Shown one piece after another: positions 1 through 7,739 of a DNA stretch of 28,306 nt (positions are counted from its first letter, which is position 1; each line of letters opens with the position of its first letter). Source of the DNA: a virus. Lineage: Duplodnaviria > Caudoviricetes. Both the position numbers and the translations under genes were made by a program. The stretch is from the IMG/VR virus record IMGVR_UViG_3300024237_000082, positions 1 to 28,306 of that record. One strand, 5' to 3'. The notes under the pieces are model-generated. The model saw only the letters and a program-made list of their open reading frames with translations. It ran no database searches and was not told where the DNA came from.

Positions 1-15
1 CTTTCTTTCCCATAA

Positions 16-435
16 TTATGCTTCTTGAGAGATTGATGCCCATTGTTCTGTTGCACCATTGGTTGATACTATTTGAATTAGGTTTCCTACTGAACCATCA
101 TACGTTCCTGTGATTGTCTTAACCGATGCAGGTAGTGCTAAAGTATAAGCACCTGTAATGACTAAATCCTTAACCATTCCTGTTTCTACGTTTGAAAATG
201 TAAGTGTAGTGTTACCTGATATTGTTTTTGTAAATACCGCAGCAGAACTAAAGTCTACATCGCTTGCAGAAATAACCGCAGCAGTAGTAAATTCTGTACC
301 TAATTTATCGTAATCTACAAAATCAGCACCATAAACTTCATCAAAGTTGTCGTTGACCTTATCAAAGGCAGTTCTTAATGGGTCTCCTGTTCCATCGTTT
401 GCTGCACTTCCGATTCCTATTACTTGTTTTGCCAT
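16..435 (-). CDS. Virion fibre/baseplate-like protein with T4 gp9/gp10-like N-terminal motif
   Basis: N-terminus MAKQVIGIGSAANDGTGDPLRTAFDKVNDNF matches the DGTGD-LR-AF-K-N-NF motif of T4 gp10-like trimeric proteins; beta-rich C-terminus. Confidence 0.6.
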   Translation of the reverse strand: MAKQVIGIGSAANDGTGDPLRTAFDKVNDNFDEVYGADFVDYDKLGTEFTTAAVISASDVDFSSAAVFTKTISGNTTLTFSNVETGMVKDLVITGAYTLALPASVKTITGTYDGSVGNLIQIVSTNGATEQWASISQEA

Positions 436-438
436 ATC

Positions 439-642
439 TTAAAATTGTGTTGCGTCTGCTTTATATTGTGTTGTATCTGCACTAATTAAATTGGTGTCTG
501 CAAGTATTAAACTACCATCAGCATTAAAAGGATATATAATACCCCAACTATTTGCTTCATTTGCATTACCGAACCAGGAAGAGTCGTATGATTCTCCCCA
601 TCCGATAGAATTTCTTCCGTACCAATCTTCAATGTTTGCCAT
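439..642 (-). CDS. Small hypothetical virion protein (Trp/Gly-rich N-terminus, xAD heptad repeats at C-terminus)
   Basis: 67 aa ORF directly downstream of a late promoter motif; stop lies 3 nt before the next ATG. Confidence 0.6.
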   Translation of the reverse strand: MANIEDWYGRNSIGWGESYDSSWFGNANEANSWGIIYPFNADGSLILADTNLISADTTQYKADATQF

Positions 643-733
643 ATTTAATACAATTACTTTTTTTGGTTTTTGTTATATAAGTCAAATACTGTTTTAACTT
701 ATTTACATTGTCTTGTTTTGGTTTATATTTCAT
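629..733 (-). CDS. Small basic hypothetical protein (34 aa, MKYKPKQDNVNKLKQYL...), not in ORF track
   Basis: Manual translation; ATGA overlap with the stop of 730..1233; fills the intergenic gap. Confidence 0.4.
   Translation of the reverse strand: MKYKPKQDNVNKLKQYLTYITKTKKSNCIKYGKH
649..675 (-). promoter_or_regulatory. Putative phage late promoter TAACA-N16-ATTGTA
   Basis: Exact motif; ends 6 nt before ATG at 642. Confidence 0.75.
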
Positions 734-1233
734 AATACCCATCCTTCAAAACTTGCATCTTTATCAGGATATACATCATCATTACTATTTGTGTAGTATT
801 CAGGAAACTTTGAACTTGCCTCAAAACTCATATAGTTAATGAATCTATCAGTATAATACTGTGCTACGTTTCTTTCTTTTTCTATTAAGAAATCTATTTC
901 GTTCTTTTCTACATTTGTAGCATTTTCTGAACTGTGCTTAAATACGCCCTTATTAGCGATTGTATATGCTGCGAAGGGTAAGTACTCAACTAATCCCCAA
1001 TGTATCAGCATAGGCTTTATATGGTCGTTTACAAGTGCTAAATAGTCTCCTGTTAAACTACTTGCTACAATATCTGATTGTATCTTGCTATAAAGGTCAG
1101 TTCCTAAATAGTTTTGGATATGTATATCTTGTGCTATCTTAATATACTGTAAGAACTTGTCTGTATCTACATTACCGTTGACAGAACTAAACTTTACTAA
1201 ATCTTTTCTTGTTATGAATAGTGCTTCTGCCAT
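730..1233 (-). CDS. Putative head-tail adaptor/connector protein
   Basis: 167 aa helical protein immediately downstream of the portal; size, position and I--AQD--I---LG pattern fit adaptor proteins. Confidence 0.55.
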   Translation of the reverse strand: MAEALFITRKDLVKFSSVNGNVDTDKFLQYIKIAQDIHIQNYLGTDLYSKIQSDIVASSLTGDYLALVNDHIKPMLIHWGLVEYLPFAAYTIANKGVFKHSSENATNVEKNEIDFLIEKERNVAQYYTDRFINYMSFEASSKFPEYYTNSNDDVYPDKDASFEGWVL

Positions 1234-1236
1234 ATC

Positions 1237-2970
1237 TTACTTATTTACGAATCCTTGATTAGGCATATCCTTTGGTCGCTTTGCAACTTTAGGGTCATTA
1301 GTTTCAGGTTTAAAACCTTCTTTCTTTGCCTTGTTAACACTTACCTCTGCGTTTGGGTTTGTAGCATCAGGTTTTACATCTACTGCCATATAGGTCTTAC
1401 GCATCCAAAAATGATGGCAAGCACCTCCACCTTTATATAACCAAATATCGTAGGTAGCTGCACCGTTTAATCCCCATCCTGCATTTACCGCTCTTGTACT
1501 CATTTGCATTATATCTTCTTTACGGTATATTTTTTTAGCACCAACCATTTTCTTACAAAACTCTCTTGAATTAGCTTGTGTTTTAAGAGGTGCATATTGA
1601 TAACGTACTTTAAACTTCATATCTTCTACCTCACCATCTTGCTCACTTGTAGCGTTAGGTCTTGCAGTTCCTGTAGAAGCTAAACCAATCATTTTATCTA
1701 ATGCTTCTTCTTGCTCATAGTCTACTTCTCTTTCGTCTACTAATACCCAATTCTCTAAATCTTCATCTTCACCATATTCTTCAAGCAAGTCAAACATTTT
1801 ATCATCATCAAACTCTTTAGATAAAGAAAATTCGTTTTTAACTCCTGTTTCTTCTTCTCTTGCTTCGTCTGTTATTGCGTTGTCTGTTTCTATAAACGCT
1901 AAAGGTTGTAAAGTTTTAAAATAAAGTTTTAGTGAAATACCATTAATAGCCAATATATCATCCATACAGTCCGTTAATAGGTCTTGGTATGGTTTTATAG
2001 TAATATTGTCAAAAAGTAAAGCAGCAGTCTTTATTTCGTCTGCATTAGACCCTAAACCATTGTTTTCTGTTCTAATTCCTAAAAGTAATGGACTTGTTAC
2101 CCTGTGTGCTACTATTAGTTTAGCTGAACACTCGTTAGATAAGTATTCGTAATGTTGTGGTGCATCATTTAATGGAATATCGTCTACTGTTGTTTTAGAT
2201 TCAGCATTGTTGTTAAAAGCTATTATTACTTTCTCACCTCTTGCTCCTGTAAGTTTACGCATTACATCAGACTTAATCTGCATCTGCTTTTCTCTATCAG
2301 GAACACCGTTATTAAAGTTGACTACTTTCGTGCCACTAAATCCGTTTTGTACATCGTTAATTAAGTAGTCAGCTACTTCGCTTTCTAATTCAGCGTAAGC
2401 CAATCCACCTTGATAATCTACAGGACAATAGTAATCATATCCACTAACGTACTTCTTTACTATTTTAATTTCAGGTTCGTTGCCGTTACCAAAACCAAAA
2501 GCAGCAATACGTTGAGGTTTATCACTACGCTTTACTTTTGCCCAATCGTGATGGTAGTAGTATGCTTCTATTTGTCCATCTTCGTTACATTTCTCTGCTC
2601 GTAGTGTTTGTCTTGGAAAGTGTTCTGCTTTTACTACATCTCCTTTTTGATATAACACTTGAAAAGAACCTTCACCTAATAGTTTTAAATCAAGTACTAC
2701 TTTTCTTAAACAAGAGTCAGAAAATATAGAACGCATAGAAGCGTACTCATCAGGCTTTTTACTACTATCTAAAGCATCAAGACCTTTTCCATAAATCATA
2801 TTACTAATACCATTTATAATAGAATGGTTTGTAGTTGAATTAGTATAAAGGTCTATCAGATAAGAATAGTAGTCGTTGTCATCCCCATACTCAACCCAAT
2901 CACGATTTTTGTCCTCGCTGATTTTAGGTCTATTGTAAGATGCTAAATTAACTATGTGTAAATTATCCAT
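1237..2970 (-). CDS. Portal protein with C-terminal extension (head morphogenesis/MuF-like Cys-His domain)
   Basis: About 360 aa portal-like region (YGDDNDY, NGFSG, AHRVTSPLLLGI, I-PYQ), acidic linker, then SREFC...GGGACHHFW domain. Confidence 0.8.
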   Translation of the reverse strand: MDNLHIVNLASYNRPKISEDKNRDWVEYGDDNDYYSYLIDLYTNSTTNHSIINGISNMIYGKGLDALDSSKKPDEYASMRSIFSDSCLRKVVLDLKLLGEGSFQVLYQKGDVVKAEHFPRQTLRAEKCNEDGQIEAYYYHHDWAKVKRSDKPQRIAAFGFGNGNEPEIKIVKKYVSGYDYYCPVDYQGGLAYAELESEVADYLINDVQNGFSGTKVVNFNNGVPDREKQMQIKSDVMRKLTGARGEKVIIAFNNNAESKTTVDDIPLNDAPQHYEYLSNECSAKLIVAHRVTSPLLLGIRTENNGLGSNADEIKTAALLFDNITIKPYQDLLTDCMDDILAINGISLKLYFKTLQPLAFIETDNAITDEAREEETGVKNEFSLSKEFDDDKMFDLLEEYGEDEDLENWVLVDEREVDYEQEEALDKMIGLASTGTARPNATSEQDGEVEDMKFKVRYQYAPLKTQANSREFCKKMVGAKKIYRKEDIMQMSTRAVNAGWGLNGAATYDIWLYKGGGACHHFWMRKTYMAVDVKPDATNPNAEVSVNKAKKEGFKPETNDPKVAKRPKDMPNQGFVNK

Positions 2971-3314
2971 TAGAATGTAATAAATTCGTTATCTGTATCG
3001 TTAGAAATAAAAGCACCACTATTGATAGTGTAATCTGTTAAGTCAGCTTGATTAGTACAAAAGATTTTATCCTTGTGTATTACTTCACTACCTTCTTTAA
3101 TAGTTAGCGTATAGCTTACATCTTCTTTTAAATTAAACACCGCAGTATAAGTATTGTAATACAGTTGTTCTGCTATAGATGTAGTATCTACGTTGTGTAC
3201 TTCTGTATTTGTAGTTTCATTCACAACAGTTACGTTGTAACTTGTTCCACTTGTAAACTTTCTTGGTATTAAATTAATAGTTTGTGCTGATGCACTTTCT
3301 TCTAATACAATCAT
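2970..3314 (-). CDS. Hypothetical virion protein (Ig-like/head completion); true start probably MIVLEE at 3314
   Basis: The ORF-track extension to 3383 overlaps a terminator and a promoter; ATG 3314 is 5 nt from the late promoter. Confidence 0.65.
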   Translation of the reverse strand: MIVLEESASAQTINLIPRKFTSGTSYNVTVVNETTNTEVHNVDTTSIAEQLYYNTYTAVFNLKEDVSYTLTIKEGSEVIHKDKIFCTNQADLTDYTINSGAFISNDTDNEFITF

Positions 3315-3319
3315 ATTTA

Positions 3320-3346
3320 TACAATAAAAAAACTTTGAATTTGTTA
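3320..3346 (-). promoter_or_regulatory. Putative phage late promoter TAACA-N16-ATTGTA
   Basis: Exact motif; 5 nt before ATG at 3314. Confidence 0.75.
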
Positions 3347-3350
3347 TAAT

Positions 3351-3377
3351 AAAAAAGGGTAACATTTCTGCTACCCT
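3351..3377 (-). terminator. Rho-independent terminator
   Basis: AGGGTAGCA-GAAA-TGTTACCCT hairpin followed by a T tract. Confidence 0.85.
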
Positions 3378-3383
3378 GTTCAT

Positions 3384-3399
3384 TGTTCCACGTGGAACT
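3384..3399. promoter_or_regulatory. parS-like centromere palindrome TGTTCCACGTGGAACT
   Basis: Perfect 14 bp palindrome GTTCCACGTGGAAC (3385-3398), intergenic; 15/16 match to the chromosomal parS variant TGTTCCACGTGGAACA. Confidence 0.75.
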
Positions 3400-3593
3400 T
3401 AATCTAAAACTATTTCTCTTTCATCTTCGTTAAAGATTTCAAGCACTACAGGGTCTTGATAATAATCATCAAAAGTAATACCTTGTTCTTTAAAAAATTC
3501 AGCATTCAATCTAATCTGCTTTGTGCCATTATTAGGGTCAGTTGTTATTTTGATTGCTTTAGTCATACCTGTTAGAATTGTTCTGTTTTTCAT
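3399..3593 (-). CDS. Small accessory protein, possibly AbrB/MazE/SpoVT-like DNA-binding fold
   Basis: 64 aa ORF with its own promoter-like sequence and terminator; KQIRLNAEFFKEQGI...D-VVLEI pattern resembles swapped-hairpin proteins. Confidence 0.5.
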   Translation of the reverse strand: MKNRTILTGMTKAIKITTDPNNGTKQIRLNAEFFKEQGITFDDYYQDPVVLEIFNEDEREIVLD

Positions 3594-3621
3594 TTTTAAA
3601 TATTTATTGATTAATATGTTG

Positions 3622-3649
3622 CTAATATAAACATTTTCTTAACAACAAA
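3622..3649 (-). promoter_or_regulatory. Putative host (Bacteroidota sigma-A) type promoter
   Basis: TTTG...AATGTTTATATTAG; TATATTAG is a variant of the TAnnTTTG -7 element; shares TGTTTATAT with the promoters at 17194 and 21777. Confidence 0.45.
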
Positions 3650-3661
3650 AAATAAAACAAC

Positions 3662-3688
3662 AAAAAAAGGGCAGCATATAGCCACCCT
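3662..3688 (-). terminator. Rho-independent terminator after tail tube gene
   Basis: AGGGTGGC-TATAT-GCTGCCCT followed by a T tract. Confidence 0.85.
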
Positions 3689-3710
3689 CTTCAATCAAAT
3701 GAAACTCGGT

Positions 3711-4259
3711 TTATGAGTTTGTACCTTCTGTAACTGTTACAGTCGCACTACTCATACCATCAAATGGGTCAGCAGCAGTAGGACTTGATACAAAGTTAGC
3801 AGGTTTTAATTCAGATGCTGCAAGAGTCAAAGTGTAACCACTTAAATCTCCCATAGCTGCTCCTGTAGAAATTGAACCTCCTGTTACTTCTGCACCGTGT
3901 TCAAGACCCATAACAAATACATTACCGTTATAATCTTCAACAGCAACGTGAGGTCTACCAAATGCTAATAGCTTTAATTCTTTGTTCGTTTCTTTATCTA
4001 ATTTTTTTAGTGTAAGGTTTAAAGTTTGCTCAAAGAAAGTCGTTCCGTTTTCACGGCTTGAAGTAATAGCTTGTTCAAAGCTACTATTTCCTTTTAGTTC
4101 ATATTTGTAAGCAGTAAAAGTACCTGACATATCAGTAATTTCGTCATCTGTTTGAGTTACTGTACCGAAATCTCCAAAATCAGTAAAGTAAACAGCTTTC
4201 AGACCACCAACTACATCTTTGCAGGGTTCTTTTCTACCACGTGTTAAATCACAAGCCAT
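3711..4259 (-). CDS. Putative major tail tube protein
   Basis: 182 aa beta-rich protein after the capsid gene; MACDLT-GR---CKD-VGG, ENGT-FFEQ and G-A-GDLSGYTLT motifs typical of Bacteroidota siphovirus structural proteins. Confidence 0.65.
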   Translation of the reverse strand: MACDLTRGRKEPCKDVVGGLKAVYFTDFGDFGTVTQTDDEITDMSGTFTAYKYELKGNSSFEQAITSSRENGTTFFEQTLNLTLKKLDKETNKELKLLAFGRPHVAVEDYNGNVFVMGLEHGAEVTGGSISTGAAMGDLSGYTLTLAASELKPANFVSSPTAADPFDGMSSATVTVTEGTNS

Positions 4260-4271
4260 ATTTTATATATT

Positions 4272-4308
4272 AAAAAAGGGTGAGCAGGAATATACCTTAC
4301 CCACCCTC
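4272..4308 (-). terminator. Rho-independent terminator/attenuator between capsid and tail tube genes
   Basis: AGGGTGGGTAAGG-TATATT-CCTGCTCACCCT followed by a T tract. Confidence 0.8.
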
Positions 4309-4329
4309 TTTAGTTAGTTAATCTGTTTA

Positions 4330-5286
4330 TTAGTCGTTAGCAGAGTTAGTGATACCGTATGTACAGATATCGTCTACTATTCCATACTGAACTCCTGCGG
4401 TAAATCTCATTACGACTCTTACGTTTTGAGAACCATCAATGTCAGCCATATCAATTACTTTTACTTCATTGTGGTCAGAAAGTAATCCTGTACCGAAGTA
4501 GATGTTTGATTTTTCAGCAGCAATAGCTTGGTTAGAACCTAATCCGTTAGCCATAAATAGTGAAATTCCATCAAATGTTAGTGCTCCATTATTAAACCAT
4601 TGTGTTCCCTGTGCGTTTGTACCTGCAGCACCTACTCCATCAGCAGCAAATCCTCCTAATGCTCTAACGTATGCACGAGCAATGTTTTGAGAAACATATA
4701 TTTTTAAATCTTCACTTCCGTATAAAGTAGAAGGAACTGCATCAGCAATCTTTCCTAACTCTGTGATTACGTTAGAAGCAGTTACTGTTGTTCCTGCAAC
4801 TTCGTTTCCTTGTGGTAGGTTAGCATCAGCAGTTAATAAAGTCATAAGACCATCAAATTGTCCGCTTGTTGCAGTTGAACCTGCCCAAATAGAAGTCTCT
4901 GTTCTCTGTGCTACTTTAGCAGCTACGTGAGAAATTAAGAAATCTGAAAAGTTAGATGGTAGTGTGTCGTGTGCTGAAAAACCCATAGAAATAGCTTCCC
5001 AATCATCTTGGAAATCAGACTTACATAGTTGTAAGTTCACTTGCTGATATTCAGGCTGTAGTACTCTTTCGTCAAGTGTAAGAGTAGAAGTAGCTGTGAA
5101 ATCACAAGAAGCATCTTTTACGATGTCATCAGTAGAGATAGTTTTGATTACCTCTTTAAATTTTACGTTAGGCTTAACTGTAATCCCTCCGTTTTCAATA
5201 GTGTTAGCACTTAATAGAGCAGCAGAGATGTATTGTCCTGCAAACTCTCCTGCATAAGTACTTGTTACGCTTGTTGTTGTTGGCAT
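4330..5286 (-). CDS. Major capsid protein
   Basis: 318 aa; follows the acidic scaffold and precedes a terminator; TYAGEFAGQYISAALLS, IWAG and RVVMRFTAGVQ patterns. Confidence 0.8.
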   Translation of the reverse strand: MPTTTSVTSTYAGEFAGQYISAALLSANTIENGGITVKPNVKFKEVIKTISTDDIVKDASCDFTATSTLTLDERVLQPEYQQVNLQLCKSDFQDDWEAISMGFSAHDTLPSNFSDFLISHVAAKVAQRTETSIWAGSTATSGQFDGLMTLLTADANLPQGNEVAGTTVTASNVITELGKIADAVPSTLYGSEDLKIYVSQNIARAYVRALGGFAADGVGAAGTNAQGTQWFNNGALTFDGISLFMANGLGSNQAIAAEKSNIYFGTGLLSDHNEVKVIDMADIDGSQNVRVVMRFTAGVQYGIVDDICTYGITNSAND

Positions 5287-5304
5287 TTTTTTATTATTTA
5301 GTGT

Positions 5305-5895
5305 TTATTTTTTAATGTTTGCAATTCTTTGCATTACCTTATCTGCAGTAGTCATACTTCTTTTTTGTGCAAATAAGTTTAAATTCTTTTTAGTTTCAGC
5401 TTCAGGATTGTGAGTTACTTTAGCAACAGGCTCTTCTGCTGATAATTCAACCTCTTCCTTTACCTCTTCGTTAAGTTCTTCCTTAACTTCTTCTTCAGAA
5501 ACTTCTTCGCTCATTTCTTCTTTAGGCTCAATCATAGATTTGATTTCTTCAATCATTTCTTTAACCTCTGCTAAATCTTGTTTAGTTGCGTATCCCATTT
5601 CTTCTTCTTCTGCAGCTTCTACTTCCTCTTCAGGTGCTTCTTCTGCTGCTCCTATAGATGCAATAATACCTTCTTCTTCTACTTTTAGCATTTCGCCATC
5701 TTCCAAAGAGTATTCGCCTATTGGTAAAGCTACTTTTTCATCTTCTGTTACAATGAATACTTCACTACCTGCAGCGAACTCTTCACTTTCTATAACAGTT
5801 CCGTTCTCTAAAGTAGCTTGTGCTAATTTAACTTCTTGAGATGCTTCCACCCCAACAAGTTCTTTTACTTTGTTTAACATATCTGTCGCTTTCAT
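5305..5895 (-). CDS. Capsid scaffolding protein
   Basis: Extremely Glu-rich 196 aa protein with basic C-terminus, directly upstream of the major capsid gene. Confidence 0.7.
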   Translation of the reverse strand: MKATDMLNKVKELVGVEASQEVKLAQATLENGTVIESEEFAAGSEVFIVTEDEKVALPIGEYSLEDGEMLKVEEEGIIASIGAAEEAPEEEVEAAEEEEMGYATKQDLAEVKEMIEEIKSMIEPKEEMSEEVSEEEVKEELNEEVKEEVELSAEEPVAKVTHNPEAETKKNLNLFAQKRSMTTADKVMQRIANIKK

Positions 5896-5901
5896 ATTTA
5901 T

Positions 5902-5928
5902 TACAATAAATTGTTTGTAAGGTTGTTG
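5902..5928 (-). promoter_or_regulatory. Putative phage late promoter CAACA-N16-ATTGTA
   Basis: One mismatch to consensus; 6 nt before ATG at 5895. Confidence 0.7.
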
Positions 5929-5933
5929 TGTTT

Positions 5934-6302
5934 TTATCCTAATAAGCTAAATAAATCATTTGATGCTTTTGATGCTTTTGATGTTAATTGCTTTAAGTCA
6001 TTTTTATAAACTTGTAATTGTCTTACTGCAACTTCAGCACCTGAAGGCAAACCTACACCTAAATCATCTGCTGCTTGTGTAAGTTTTTTTACATCTTTAT
6101 CTGTATTATCTATTTCTCTTATTATATTTTTTGCTTTGTCAGAAACCTCGTCAATATCTTGTGCTGCTTTTCTAATAATCATACTCAAAGAATCAGCATC
6201 ATTTTTTATTTTATTATATTTTCTTTCTACATTTTCAGCTAAACCTAATTCAACTTTCTCTTTAGCTAACTTGGTAATTATCTTTTGTACGCTTGGTTTC
6301 AT
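5934..6302 (-). CDS. Coiled-coil hypothetical protein, candidate internal head protein
   Basis: 122 aa helical ORF with its own late promoter; N-terminal KLAKEKVELG motif. Confidence 0.6.
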   Translation of the reverse strand: MKPSVQKIITKLAKEKVELGLAENVERKYNKIKNDADSLSMIIRKAAQDIDEVSDKAKNIIREIDNTDKDVKKLTQAADDLGVGLPSGAEVAVRQLQVYKNDLKQLTSKASKASNDLFSLLG

Positions 6303-6317
6303 ATACTACTTTTTTTA

Positions 6318-6344
6318 TACAATTAATTATTTAACACTTTGTTA
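6318..6344 (-). promoter_or_regulatory. Putative phage late promoter TAACA-N16-ATTGTA
   Basis: Exact motif; 15 nt before ATG at 6302. Confidence 0.7.
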
Positions 6345-6349
6345 TATTT

Positions 6350-6712
6350 TTAGTTCGCTGCAGTACAAGCGTCACAATCATCATATAAGGTTGCAGTATT
6401 TATATGTATTCCTTCAGAACCTCTTTCTTCAAGTATAGTATGGCATCCTGTATGTCCGTTTTCTAATACTATGTAATATACTGCTCCTACTGTAAGCGTT
6501 CCGTGATAGTGTACGTTATGTTCGTGTGAATCATCACATCCTGCTATTCTGTAACCTTGATATGGTGTAGGGTCGTGTGAACCTATATCTCCAATACCTT
6601 GTGCTTGAAAACTTCCATCACAACATTTACGTGAATAGGTTTTACCATCTTTGCAAAGGCAACCTCTTCTATCGTTTTGTGGACTTGGGTTTCTTTCTCT
6701 GTAATCTCTCAT
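6350..6712 (-). CDS. Cys/His-rich hypothetical protein
   Basis: 120 aa; CLC...CCDG motif plus a His-rich C-terminal half; start overlaps the protease stop. Confidence 0.6.
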   Translation of the reverse strand: MRDYRERNPSPQNDRRGCLCKDGKTYSRKCCDGSFQAQGIGDIGSHDPTPYQGYRIAGCDDSHEHNVHYHGTLTVGAVYYIVLENGHTGCHTILEERGSEGIHINTATLYDDCDACTAAN

Positions 6713-7707
6713 TTAATAGGAACGCAATTAGGTACTCTTTTACCGTTTTTAATTTTAAACCCTATCATCTCATATCCTGCTTGACAAGGTTCTTTAAGAG
6801 ATGCTTCTAATAAGTCAAGTTCTTTTAGTTTAGCACCTGCCCATCTTAATCCTGCTTTACCACCCCACAATAAATAAGATATAGTACCACACGCTTCTGA
6901 ATTACCTTCATCGTAGTATTCTTCTGCTCTTGATAAATAACTAAACATTCTTTTGATTGTTTCAACAGTAACCGCTTCTTTCTTTGCTAATTGTTGTGCT
7001 CTTACTTTACCTACTTGTGTAGCACATTTGTTGTTGACTTTTTTGTTTAGTTCAATACCTCTTTTAGCATTGTTAGAAACTGCATCAGGATAGTCAGCAT
7101 AAGATTCAAGTTGTTCACCCTTTAGCATTTGTCTTAACTCTTCTACTAACTCTTGTGCTTCCTCTTCTAAATCGTCTTTTATTGTTTTGTCTTTAGGTCT
7201 TTCTGCTTTGTCAGCAAAGTAACCTTCTATAGAGAACCCTTTTACTTTTCCTGTTTTAACGTAGTCATTCCAAACCTCATCGTTAAGTACTTTCATAGAT
7301 ACCATCCAAGTACCAACAGGAACTTCCATATCGTAGTGTCTTGTCTTATCTTTTTCACTTTCTACAATCCAAGATTCAACAACACTCAAACCTGTTAATG
7401 GAACTTGATGCTCTAATGTTGAGTTGTTTTGGTTTCCGTTTATAAAGAATAATTCACTTGCTTTGCGAACTGTATCACGTGAGAAGTAAATATAATATTC
7501 GTTGTCATCGTTTCTACGATAGATAGGCTTATTAGGTATTAAAGCTGCACCCATTAAGATACGCTTTTCTTTGTCTACCTCTGCAAGTTTAAACTCTTGG
7601 TTTTTAAGTGCTATAAAATCTTCTTCTATTGCAGGAGATTCAACAACTGAAATAGCTTCAATTCCAATAGCATCTTCTTCATCTATAAATAGTTCTACTA
7701 TATCCAT
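6709..7707 (-). CDS. Prohead protease (XkdF-like serine protease) with additional C-terminal domains
   Basis: ILMGAALIPNK, STLEH, VESWIVE, VPVGTWMVSMKV and VKGFSIEG motifs; upstream of scaffold and capsid. Confidence 0.8.
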   Translation of the reverse strand: MDIVELFIDEEDAIGIEAISVVESPAIEEDFIALKNQEFKLAEVDKEKRILMGAALIPNKPIYRRNDDNEYYIYFSRDTVRKASELFFINGNQNNSTLEHQVPLTGLSVVESWIVESEKDKTRHYDMEVPVGTWMVSMKVLNDEVWNDYVKTGKVKGFSIEGYFADKAERPKDKTIKDDLEEEAQELVEELRQMLKGEQLESYADYPDAVSNNAKRGIELNKKVNNKCATQVGKVRAQQLAKKEAVTVETIKRMFSYLSRAEEYYDEGNSEACGTISYLLWGGKAGLRWAGAKLKELDLLEASLKEPCQAGYEMIGFKIKNGKRVPNCVPIK

Positions 7708-7712
7708 ATTAA

Positions 7713-7739
7713 TACAATAATATTTTTTAAAATTTGTTA
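7713..7739 (-). promoter_or_regulatory. Putative phage late promoter TAACA-N16-ATTGTA
   Basis: Exact motif, using the tape measure TAA stop; 5 nt before ATG at 7707. Confidence 0.75.

Noticed and set aside
3315-3383. N-terminal extension of ORF 2970..3383
   Set aside because: It spans a terminator and the late promoter; ATG 3314 fits better
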